Shown here piece after piece: positions 46,282 through 52,653 of a DNA stretch of 53,091 bases (positions are counted from its first letter, which is position 1; every line of letters begins with the position of its first letter). The DNA is from a virus (lineage: Duplodnaviria; Caudoviricetes). Location: positions 1-53,091 of IMG/VR virus record IMGVR_UViG_3300021963_000167, one strand, 5' to 3'. The translations under genes and the position numbers were made by a program. Under the pieces are notes generated by a model that saw only the letters and a list, made by a program, of their open reading frames with translations, was not told the DNA's origin and ran no database searches.

Positions 46282-46626
46282 TCAAACTCCCAGGTCAACA
46301 AGTTTCAGGAAAACATTCTTGAGTGCAACTACCTTACCGTTCACAGTGTAAGAGTAACGAACTCCACCCTTTACAGTAGGTGAGCAACGGCAATAGAGTT
46401 TGACCTCGTTAATTTTATCACCTTGCTGATTGTGCAGAGGAAAGTAATAAGAACACTCACCAGCAATATATGAAGCTTTGGAGCGAGAATCAACAACAAC
46501 GGTAGAGTTCAGGCGGTCAATAATACCATTGCGAGCATCATAATTATCGCGGGCAAGTTTGGATGCAAGATTGATGCTATCTTGAATGTCGTTGATGGTC
46601 ATTTGGGAGATTTGGGTGTTGCTCAT
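46282..46626 (-). CDS. Hypothetical cassette protein
   Basis: ATG supplied by repeat copy 3. Confidence 0.75.
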   Translation of the reverse strand: MSNTQISQMTINDIQDSINLASKLARDNYDARNGIIDRLNSTVVVDSRSKASYIAGECSYYFPLHNQQGDKINEVKLYCRCSPTVKGGVRYSYTVNGKVVALKNVFLKLVDLGV

Positions 46627-46654
46627 ACTACTGATGCACTTTCAGGGGCCCAAT
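46625..46654 (-). repeat. 30-bp element, copy 3 (1 mismatch)
   Basis: Ends ...GGGGCCCAAT on + strand. Confidence 0.97.
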
Positions 46655-46786
46655 TCAATAATTGGGAACAACTGCGAGATGATACTCTGGGTGAACAAGT
46701 GAGAGATCAAAAGCATAACGATCTGCTTCAGATTTAGTGAAGAAACATACTATTGCGACAGATGCAAGATAGAGAGTGTAAGTCAT
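46655..46786 (-). CDS. Single-gene cassette protein (43 aa)
   Basis: MTYTLYLASVAIVCFFTKSEADRYAFDLSLVHPEYHLAVVPNY; fills the space between copies 4 and 3, stop abuts copy 3. Confidence 0.65.
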   Translation of the reverse strand: MTYTLYLASVAIVCFFTKSEADRYAFDLSLVHPEYHLAVVPNY

Positions 46787-46806
46787 TTTAGTTTGAATCA
46801 GTGGTG

Positions 46807-46836
46807 ATACTACTGATGCACTTTCAGGGGCCCAGT
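46807..46836 (-). repeat. 30-bp element, copy 4 (exact; no ATG)
   Basis: Direct match; flanks AGTGGTG and ATCAGT shared with copy 2. Confidence 0.97.
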
Positions 46837-46837
46837 A

Positions 46838-47005
46838 TCAGTTACTTACTGAAACCCAGTTGTTACCATCATACTCAACCATCTCTCCATCGACTATACA
46901 AAACTCCATCAAATAATAATCAAGATTTACGCCAAGTTCATCAGCTTCGGATTTGAGTTCAGTAAATTGTTGAACGTCAAGAATAAAGAAATTAGTTTCA
47001 ATCAT
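46838..47005 (-). CDS. Hypothetical protein (55 aa)
   Basis: MIETNFFILDVQQFTELKSEADELGVNLDYYLMEFC...; stop 1 nt before copy 4. Confidence 0.65.
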   Translation of the reverse strand: MIETNFFILDVQQFTELKSEADELGVNLDYYLMEFCIVDGEMVEYDGNNWVSVSN

Positions 47006-47006
47006 C

Positions 47007-47168
47007 TTACCAATTAATGAGTGTAGCTGTGTTGCCTAGTTGATTTTGTTCGTTAATGATTTCCTCTGCGTGTGCATAAGTTTTAACTGTGATGTATCGT
47101 GCTTTGCCTCTTGTTTCAGGAAACAAATTGAGACGGTCAATGATACGAACTGTGTTAGAATGTTTCAT
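47007..47168 (-). CDS. Hypothetical protein (53 aa)
   Basis: MKHSNTVRIIDRLNLFPETRGKARYI...; TGATG coupling. Confidence 0.65.
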   Translation of the reverse strand: MKHSNTVRIIDRLNLFPETRGKARYITVKTYAHAEEIINEQNQLGNTATLINW

Positions 47169-47404
47169 CAGTGAGTGTTAAGAACGTGACGATAATTGAG
47201 AGAAACTACACACCATTCAGCATAATCTGTAACCTCTTCAACTAAAACATCTGCAATTTCATCATCATCATTTGGATTGAGAACTTCAACCTCAAAGACA
47301 TTACCAACGACAGAATCTACAACTTCTTGTTGTTGCTCTTCAGTGAAATCTTCATCATCAAAATCAAACAAAACTTCGGTGACTTGGAGTGTAAGAGTTC
47401 TCAT
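47168..47404 (-). CDS. Hypothetical acidic protein
   Basis: Track ORF MRTLTLQVTEVLFDFD... Confidence 0.75.
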   Translation of the reverse strand: MRTLTLQVTEVLFDFDDEDFTEEQQQEVVDSVVGNVFEVEVLNPNDDDEIADVLVEEVTDYAEWCVVSLNYRHVLNTH

Positions 47405-47406
47405 AA

Positions 47407-47556
47407 TCAGTTCAGTTGGTTAAAGTTATCAACGACAATTTGGCAGGCAAGAGACTTAACTTCATCCAGGTAATCTACCTCACCAAATTGAGATTCAAGA
47501 AGACAAATTAGATCCTCTTGGAGTTGTTCGCGGACAGAGAGTAGTTGAGTGTTCAT
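47407..47556 (-). CDS. Hypothetical protein (49 aa)
   Basis: MNTQLLSVREQLQEDLICLL...LACQIVVDNF. Confidence 0.65.
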   Translation of the reverse strand: MNTQLLSVREQLQEDLICLLESQFGEVDYLDEVKSLACQIVVDNFNQLN

Positions 47557-47559
47557 AAT

Positions 47560-47733
47560 TCAGACAGTAGCAGGAGAGAGGGAAACTTCGACTCGTTTGA
47601 GATTCAAACCTTGCAGTTGTTCATTCACACGTTTGCAGATAGCTTCAGTTGGATTCTTGAGTTTGGACTTTTCGTACCAAATAGTACGACAACCGTCATT
47701 AGTTTCGACTTGAATACGAATAGTTTTCATCAT
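47560..47733 (-). CDS. Hypothetical protein (57 aa)
   Basis: MMKTIRIQVETNDGCRTIWYEKSK... Confidence 0.65.
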   Translation of the reverse strand: MMKTIRIQVETNDGCRTIWYEKSKLKNPTEAICKRVNEQLQGLNLKRVEVSLSPATV

Positions 47734-47736
47734 CAA

Positions 47737-47904
47737 TCAGATAACAGAGTAACAAGCAACAGAGGAAGGAATACCAGATAATGCTAAAGAACCGTTGCGA
47801 TCATCAGCATAATCGTAGGCATCATCTTCGCTGTAGAAAGGTCCAATAAACTCAGGAGAATCGAGAGCGTTGGAATCGAATCGGACGGTGTAGGTGGTGT
47901 TCAT
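47737..47904 (-). CDS. Hypothetical cassette protein (55 aa)
   Basis: MNTTYTVRFDSNALDSPEFIGPFYSEDDAYDYA...; its only Met is the repeat-supplied ATG. Confidence 0.7.
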   Translation of the reverse strand: MNTTYTVRFDSNALDSPEFIGPFYSEDDAYDYADDRNGSLALSGIPSSVACYSVI

Positions 47905-47932
47905 ACTACTGATGCACTTTCAGGGGCCCAGT
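47903..47932 (-). repeat. 30-bp element, copy 5 (exact)
   Basis: Direct match. Confidence 0.97.
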
Positions 47933-47937
47933 TGTTA

Positions 47938-48117
47938 TCAAAGACCGTTGATAAAGTCAGCGAGTGCCTCATCATACTCCTCTTGAGTGTTGTAAATACG
48001 ACCGTAAATGTTGAGAGGAAACTGTTTCTTAAGACCAGCAGCTGCAACAGTTTGACAGTCTTTCTCATCATAACCCATTTCGATGAGATTCTGAACGTAG
48101 GGATTGAAGTGTGTCAT
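47938..48117 (-). CDS. Single-gene cassette protein (59 aa)
   Basis: MTHFNPYVQNLIEMGYDEKDC...EEYDEALADFINGL; fills the space between copies 6 and 5. Confidence 0.75.
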   Translation of the reverse strand: MTHFNPYVQNLIEMGYDEKDCQTVAAAGLKKQFPLNIYGRIYNTQEEYDEALADFINGL

Positions 48118-48145
48118 ACTACTGATGCACTTTCAGGGGCCCAGT
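48116..48145 (-). repeat. 30-bp element, copy 6 (exact)
   Basis: Direct match. Confidence 0.97.
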
Positions 48146-48166
48146 TGTGATTAACTTGCAGAAAAC

Positions 48167-48358
48167 TTATAGAGTTTGAAATGCCTCTGCACGGGTGTTT
48201 TCATACTTTTTCTTGAGATACTTTTGTGTGATACTATCAATCACAGGATACCACTGTTCTTTATTGGAAAGGTAGCTAATACCTCGTGCATCGTTGAGAA
48301 GAAAGATGATACAGTTCTCCTCATCTTGAGTGAGATTCAGTCGATTGAGAATAGTCAT
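48167..48358 (-). CDS. Hypothetical protein
   Basis: Start moved to MTILNRLNL at 48358. Confidence 0.65.
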   Translation of the reverse strand: MTILNRLNLTQDEENCIIFLLNDARGISYLSNKEQWYPVIDSITQKYLKKKYENTRAEAFQTL

Positions 48359-48434
48359 TTTTTGTAGTTGTAAGGTTGTGCAATCCAAACAATTTGTTTA
48401 GTTTTAAGGTCAGAAGCCATGTTGTAAATCATAA

Positions 48435-48593
48435 TCAATCGTCTCCAAAATTGTTTACAAGAAAGTCCTCAAGTTCTGTGAATTGGTCTTCATTCAAGTT
48501 GAGAACATACTCGTTAATAATTGTATTCACAAGGTCAACATCTTGAAGGCATTTTTCTTCAAGAATCTCAATCATTTCCTGTCGTGAAGTCAT
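48435..48593 (-). CDS. Hypothetical acidic protein (52 aa)
   Basis: MTSRQEMIEILEEKCLQDVDLVNTIINEYV... Confidence 0.65.
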   Translation of the reverse strand: MTSRQEMIEILEEKCLQDVDLVNTIINEYVLNLNEDQFTELEDFLVNNFGDD

Positions 48594-48595
48594 AA

Positions 48596-48877
48596 TCAAA
48601 CTAGATTAAGTTCAGGAGCAGGTTCAACCTTAAAGTTACCAAATCGACCACAAGAGATAGAAACAGCGTGAGAAGGTGCGCCGAGTTCATCAACAACATC
48701 CCAGAAATCTTCACCTTCTTCGATTACAACATAACCGAAAGTTCCAGCATTAGAAAGTTGGTCAAGTCCGCAACGTTCAGCAGCACGTTGAGTGGAAAAT
48801 CGCTCTTTACGATTCCACCAACCGTTTCGTGCTACATCTTCACTTGGACCGAAAGTGATGCAAATAAAATCAGACAT
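48596..48877 (-). CDS. Hypothetical protein
   Basis: Start moved to MSDFICITFG at 48877. Confidence 0.7.
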   Translation of the reverse strand: MSDFICITFGPSEDVARNGWWNRKERFSTQRAAERCGLDQLSNAGTFGYVVIEEGEDFWDVVDELGAPSHAVSISCGRFGNFKVEPAPELNLV

Positions 48878-48878
48878 T

Positions 48879-49007
48879 TTAGTAGTTTTCTTTGGTGTTT
48901 TGTTGACGTTGAGAATCTTTATCTTCCTTGAATGGTTTATACTCAGGATGAGCATTTTCCTATTTGATTAGTTCATCAATCCAGGAAGAGTTTTGATTAG
49001 TTTTCAT
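48879..49007 (-). pseudogene. Small ORF interrupted by an in-frame TAG
   Basis: MKTNQNSSWIDELIK*ENAHPEYKPFKEDKDSQRQQNTKENY*; TAG at 48962-48960. Confidence 0.5.
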
Positions 49008-49014
49008 AATCCTA

Positions 49015-49272
49015 TCAGGCAACTTGAATAGCGCGGGAACCGAAGGTTTTGTTTAGCATTTGTTGGAAAGCTTGTTTGCCTCCATTCTCCCAACGTTGAT
49101 CCATTTCAACTTTGAGAGCATCACGGAATTGCAGAGTTTGCTCTACAGTCAGACCAGGATAGTTGGTATTGTGCTGAATACGCTTAGTCACAATGTTCCA
49201 CTGATGATCTAATCCAGCATCGCTAGCTTCTTGGACAAAAGAGAAATCGTAGGTCATTTGGGTTGTGCTCAT
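49015..49272 (-). CDS. Hypothetical cassette protein
   Basis: ATG supplied by copy 7. Confidence 0.75.
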   Translation of the reverse strand: MSTTQMTYDFSFVQEASDAGLDHQWNIVTKRIQHNTNYPGLTVEQTLQFRDALKVEMDQRWENGGKQAFQQMLNKTFGSRAIQVA

Positions 49273-49300
49273 ACTACTGATGCACTTTCAGGGGCCCAGT
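49271..49300 (-). repeat. 30-bp element, copy 7 (exact)
   Basis: Direct match. Confidence 0.97.
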
Positions 49301-49305
49301 AACTA

Positions 49306-49758
49306 TCAGCAACTGAACATAAGTGCTCCGATACCTGCTCCAAAAATACCCCACGAATTACTTCTTTTGTTTCCATAAGAATAATTGTAACTACCAGAGT
49401 TACGATTGCGAGTATAGTTAGAATTGTAGTTGTATCCTGTTTGACCTGAGAGTGCAGTTGCTAAACCATAACCAACCGCAGCACCTGCGGTAGGATTACA
49501 AACTCGCTGACGATAGTATGGTTGTTGATTGTAGTATGGTTGAGGATTTACAACCACATTATCACCACAAGGAACACGATTGCGAGCACGATTTACATAA
49601 CCAGGAATGTATCTACCATAAGCATCATAATACCCAGGAACGTATTGTTCTACATTTGTATAACAATAGCTTTCACCATAAACATTCACTTGTTGTGCCT
49701 GAGTTGGTGCAACAAATGCAAATGGAAGTAAGAGTGAAAGAGTGAGTAGATGTTTCAT
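49306..49758 (-). CDS. Exported protein with signal peptide and glycine-zipper-like C-terminus
   Basis: MKHLLTLSLLLPFAFVAPTQA-Q; EQYVPGYY..G.YIPGYV; GAAVG and GAGIG segments. Confidence 0.75.
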   Translation of the reverse strand: MKHLLTLSLLLPFAFVAPTQAQQVNVYGESYCYTNVEQYVPGYYDAYGRYIPGYVNRARNRVPCGDNVVVNPQPYYNQQPYYRQRVCNPTAGAAVGYGLATALSGQTGYNYNSNYTRNRNSGSYNYSYGNKRSNSWGIFGAGIGALMFSC

Positions 49759-50022
49759 TTACCAAGTACCATTTTGGATGTGGATCTTTTTGATTTCAGT
49801 ATAAAGAAACTGACGAAGTTTAGTGTCTGTGGTGTTATCAAAAGCATAATAGAGGCGATTGAGGTATTCTTTCTGTGTGGTGCATTTGACTACTTTTGCA
49901 TCAGTTACACCAATACCATTTAGGGGAGAACCTGCTTTAGATTTTGGAACACCAAAGTTACCCGTAATGTTACCCTTTGTCCTAAACTGAGTTTTAATCT
50001 TGGAGAGATTAGAGTAAGTCAT
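49759..50022 (-). CDS. Hypothetical basic protein
   Basis: Track ORF, tightly packed. Confidence 0.75.
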   Translation of the reverse strand: MTYSNLSKIKTQFRTKGNITGNFGVPKSKAGSPLNGIGVTDAKVVKCTTQKEYLNRLYYAFDNTTDTKLRQFLYTEIKKIHIQNGTW

Positions 50023-50228
50023 CGTGGAAACACAAGATTGTATTTGGAGATTAGCAAATCACGCACACATTCACGATCAATACTATCACCAGCAAACTCA
50101 TCTCCTTTCAGTTTAAGTATCTTGAGATGCGTAGAAGTTGCTTGTTTGATGAGTTTCAGAGTTGCACCCATAGGATACAATCCATCGGGACCATAGAAAG
50201 AGAGAACATAATCGTAAAAGTCAGTCAT
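50019..50228 (-). CDS. Hypothetical protein
   Basis: MTDFYDYVLSFYGPDGLYPM...DSIDRECVRD; start moved to 50228. Confidence 0.7.
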   Translation of the reverse strand: MTDFYDYVLSFYGPDGLYPMGATLKLIKQATSTHLKILKLKGDEFAGDSIDRECVRDLLISKYNLVFPR

Positions 50229-50229
50229 T

Positions 50230-50436
50230 TCAGTTACAATCATAGTTGTTGAGAATGTTACGGGCAAACTTCATAAAATCGTATGCAGTTACACCACCTT
50301 TGTGATTATCAACAGCATAACCATCAAGCATGTCTGTCTGGTTGTAGGTATTCACAATCAGCAAACAAGCATCATAAAGTGCTGCCTGATGTTCTTCTTC
50401 AGAGTGAAAAGAGATTGCGTTGTGGGAGGGAAGCAT
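50230..50436 (-). CDS. Hypothetical protein
   Basis: Track ORF. Confidence 0.7.
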   Translation of the reverse strand: MLPSHNAISFHSEEEHQAALYDACLLIVNTYNQTDMLDGYAVDNHKGGVTAYDFMKFARNILNNYDCN

Positions 50437-50441
50437 AATAA

Positions 50442-50600
50442 TCAGTTGGTAGGTTCAGTAATCCAAATTGCACGATCAGTTCCCATAGTAAACTGATTGT
50501 CCCAAATGAAATGAGTTGCTTGCTGATTGCTCATCTGAAACTCACTCATCAGAAAGTTGAGTGCCTCTTTGAAACTTTGGAAGCGGTGTGTGGTTCTCAT
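50442..50600 (-). CDS. Hypothetical cassette protein (52 aa)
   Basis: MRTTHRFQSFKEALNFLMSEFQMSNQQATHFIWDNQF...; ATG from copy 8. Confidence 0.7.
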   Translation of the reverse strand: MRTTHRFQSFKEALNFLMSEFQMSNQQATHFIWDNQFTMGTDRAIWITEPTN

Positions 50601-50628
50601 ACTACTGATGCACTTTGAGGGGCCCAGT
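50599..50628 (-). repeat. 30-bp element, copy 8 (1 mismatch)
   Basis: ...CACTTTGAGGGGCCCAGT on + strand. Confidence 0.97.
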
Positions 50629-50841
50629 TCAATTCATAGCAAGAACAAGATTAGCAACACGATTTTCAGGCACGAAATCCTGAAGTTTATCATAAATCAG
50701 TTGAAATTGATCTACCATATTTTCATAATAAACTGCAAGATGTGGATCAGAAACCATTTGTGCCTTAAGTTGGAGACTATCCATAATGTCCAGGATTTCG
50801 CCAGAGGTGAATGAAATTTGCGTCATTTCAGTTGTGCTCAT
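50629..50841 (-). CDS. Single-gene cassette protein
   Basis: Starts in copy 9; stop abuts copy 8. Confidence 0.75.
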   Translation of the reverse strand: MSTTEMTQISFTSGEILDIMDSLQLKAQMVSDPHLAVYYENMVDQFQLIYDKLQDFVPENRVANLVLAMN

Positions 50842-50869
50842 ACTATAGGGACACTTTCAGGGGCCCAAT
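50840..50869 (-). repeat. 30-bp element, copy 9 (variant, 6 mismatches)
   Basis: + strand ATACTATAGGGACACTTTCAGGGGCCCAAT. Confidence 0.9.
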
Positions 50870-50877
50870 TTCAATCA

Positions 50878-51378
50878 TTAACGAATAAGACGATAACCTT
50901 TACAAGGCATCTGTGGATTTCTCAAGGATCTTAACATATTTCCTGATGATTTAAGACCTAAAACTTCACGACACCATTTTGTAAGATTTGTAACTTCAAT
51001 GGTTTCTCCCGTTGGTGTTTCAATAAGTCGCGTTTTTGCTTGTGAATATGCTACATTATCAGCATTACTCATCCATTCCAAGTTCTCAACCCTGTTATCA
51101 GTTTTATCCTCATTGATGTGATTAACTGTATCATAGTTGTGAGGATTTGGAATGTAAGTTTCTGCTACTAATCTATGAATACTTGTACTTTTCATTCTAT
51201 CGGTATTTTGTTCCAGAATGATTGTTAAATAACCTTTACGATTTGGTTGTGGTTTTAGTTCTCTTTTGTATGAATAATCAAGAACTTTTCCTTTACCATT
51301 TCCTCCAGATTTTTTGTGTGAGAATACTCTACCATCAGGTGTGATGGAGTATTCGGGATAGTTTGGAATGAGTTTCAT
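50878..51378 (-). CDS. Free-standing HNH homing endonuclease
   Basis: YSITPDGRVFS N-terminus; HRLVAETYIPNP...VNHINEDKTDNRVENLEW. Confidence 0.9.
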   Translation of the reverse strand: MKLIPNYPEYSITPDGRVFSHKKSGGNGKGKVLDYSYKRELKPQPNRKGYLTIILEQNTDRMKSTSIHRLVAETYIPNPHNYDTVNHINEDKTDNRVENLEWMSNADNVAYSQAKTRLIETPTGETIEVTNLTKWCREVLGLKSSGNMLRSLRNPQMPCKGYRLIR

Positions 51379-51381
51379 AAC

Positions 51382-51429
51382 TGATTGGAAGTGATTTATC
51401 TCTATTTATAAGTATAACACTTCCAATCA
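51382..51429 (-). promoter_or_regulatory. 12-bp hairpin enclosing late promoter TATAAATA, upstream of the HNH gene
   Basis: TGATTGGAAGTG (51382-51393) / CACTTCCAATCA (51418-51429); promoter at 51410-51403. Confidence 0.8.
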
Positions 51430-51435
51430 CATTAG

Positions 51436-51879
51436 TCAACGTTTGTATAAGTATCCTCCACACCAAGTTGCATTTTCCAGCAACCATTCACGATCTTTGA
51501 TCAATCGCAGATCATAACGAACACCTTTCGCAGGAGATTTCCACGATGCAGACTTATACACTTCTCCAGTATTCTTATCCACAAAAGCGTGAACGGAACG
51601 GGCAATGTGACGCTCAGGACCATTATCAATCACCATAATGATTTTGTGATACTTTTTACCACTTTCAATCACATAAGAATAGTTACATTCACCATTCTTC
51701 AGTTTAGCAATACAATTCTCGTGATAATCTGTATTGTCTCCATTAGACAGAGAACGATAATGAGACTTGATGATATAATCAATAAAGTTTTGACGAAGTG
51801 CTTCACATAGTGCTTGCGTATGACGCAGAACACTATCACAAATTGTTTCTTGTGCTTGTTGTTGAAGAGTTGCAGTCAT
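51436..51879 (-). CDS. Conserved phage hypothetical protein
   Basis: GKKYHKII...SVHAFVDKNTGEVYKSASWKSPAKGVRY; starts 13 nt after copy 10. Confidence 0.8.
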   Translation of the reverse strand: MTATLQQQAQETICDSVLRHTQALCEALRQNFIDYIIKSHYRSLSNGDNTDYHENCIAKLKNGECNYSYVIESGKKYHKIIMVIDNGPERHIARSVHAFVDKNTGEVYKSASWKSPAKGVRYDLRLIKDREWLLENATWCGGYLYKR

Positions 51880-51892
51880 TTTCTTTGTTCTG

Positions 51893-51922
51893 ATACTACT
51901 GATGCACTTTGAGGGGCCCAGT
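51893..51922 (-). repeat. 30-bp element, copy 10 (1 mismatch; no ATG)
   Basis: Same C>G variant as copy 8. Confidence 0.97.
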
Positions 51923-51948
51923 TATCAACCCCAACTAAATAATGTGCC

Positions 51949-52022
51949 TAAGTGGGTGGTACTTCTCAGGCGGGGACACTAGAAATAGTGTCCCTTATAA
52001 ATAATACTACCACCCAAACTTA
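51949..52022 (+). promoter_or_regulatory. Structured leader with late promoter TATAAATA (51996-52003)
   Basis: Inner hairpin GGGACACTA-GAAA-TAGTGTCCC (51973-51994); outer arms GGGTGGTA (51954-51961) / TACCACCC (52008-52015). Confidence 0.75.
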
Positions 52023-52032
52023 GAGTAGAACT

Positions 52033-52653
52033 ATGACGAACCTTAACAGGTTTTATACTTACGCTTACTTGCGTGAAGATAGGACACCTTACTATATTGG
52101 TAAGGGAACCAGAGATAGAATATTTGCTAATAATAGAGTGACTAAGAAACCAAAAGATAAATCTAAAATAATCTTCCTTAAACAAAATCTAACTGAAGAT
52201 GAGGCATTTAAGCACGAAATCTATATGATTGATGTCTTTGGTAGAAAAGATTTAGGAACTGGTATTCTTCACAATAGAACTAATGGTGGTGAGGGTAGTT
52301 CTGGTTTTACACATAGTGAAGAAACTAAGAATAAAATGAGTCAAACTCGTAAGGGTAAAGTTCCATCTGAGGAAACAAGAAACAAAATAGGAGAACGACA
52401 GAAAGGTAAAGTTATACCAGAATATCAAAAAAATAAAATAAGTCAATCACACAAAGGAAAAAAACACTCCGAAGAAACAAAAAAGAAAATGAGCGAGATG
52501 CGTAAAGGAAGAACCTTATCAGATGAACATAAGAAGAAATTAAGCGAAAGTCGTAAAGGAATACAATACTCCGAGGAAACTAAAAAGAAAATGAGTGAAG
52601 CAAGAAAAGGAAAAACTCCCTGGAATAAAGGAAAATCTATGCCCAAGATTTAG
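52033..52653 (+). CDS. GIY-YIG-like homing endonuclease with tandem NUMOD3 repeats
   Basis: FYTYAYLRED.TPYYIGKG, EDEAFKHE, ILHNRTNGGEG; about five repeats of the form SEETKKKMSExRKG. Confidence 0.88.
   Translation: MTNLNRFYTYAYLREDRTPYYIGKGTRDRIFANNRVTKKPKDKSKIIFLKQNLTEDEAFKHEIYMIDVFGRKDLGTGILHNRTNGGEGSSGFTHSEETKNKMSQTRKGKVPSEETRNKIGERQKGKVIPEYQKNKISQSHKGKKHSEETKKKMSEMRKGRTLSDEHKKKLSESRKGIQYSEETKKKMSEARKGKTPWNKGKSMPKI

Noticed and set aside
48879-49007. Genome-wide TAG recoding
   Set aside because: Long genes are uninterrupted under the standard code and TAG ends other genes; only one isolated case was seen.
41884-51810. Plus-strand ORFs in the cassette region, including two ending HTTDALSGAQ
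   Set aside because: The shared peptide is only the 30-bp repeat read on the other strand; the minus strand is already tiled with coupled genes.
42525-51922. 30-bp repeats as a CRISPR array
   Set aside because: Intervals are 182 to over 3000 bp and contain whole ORFs; no uniform spacers and no cas genes.
42525-51922. Element as a conserved RNA hairpin or hammerhead (CTGATG on + strand; ACTG/CAGT ends)
   Set aside because: CTGATG is followed by C rather than A and no GAAA core is placed correctly. Flank pairing is inconsistent between copies and largely explained by neighbouring TGATA stop sequences.
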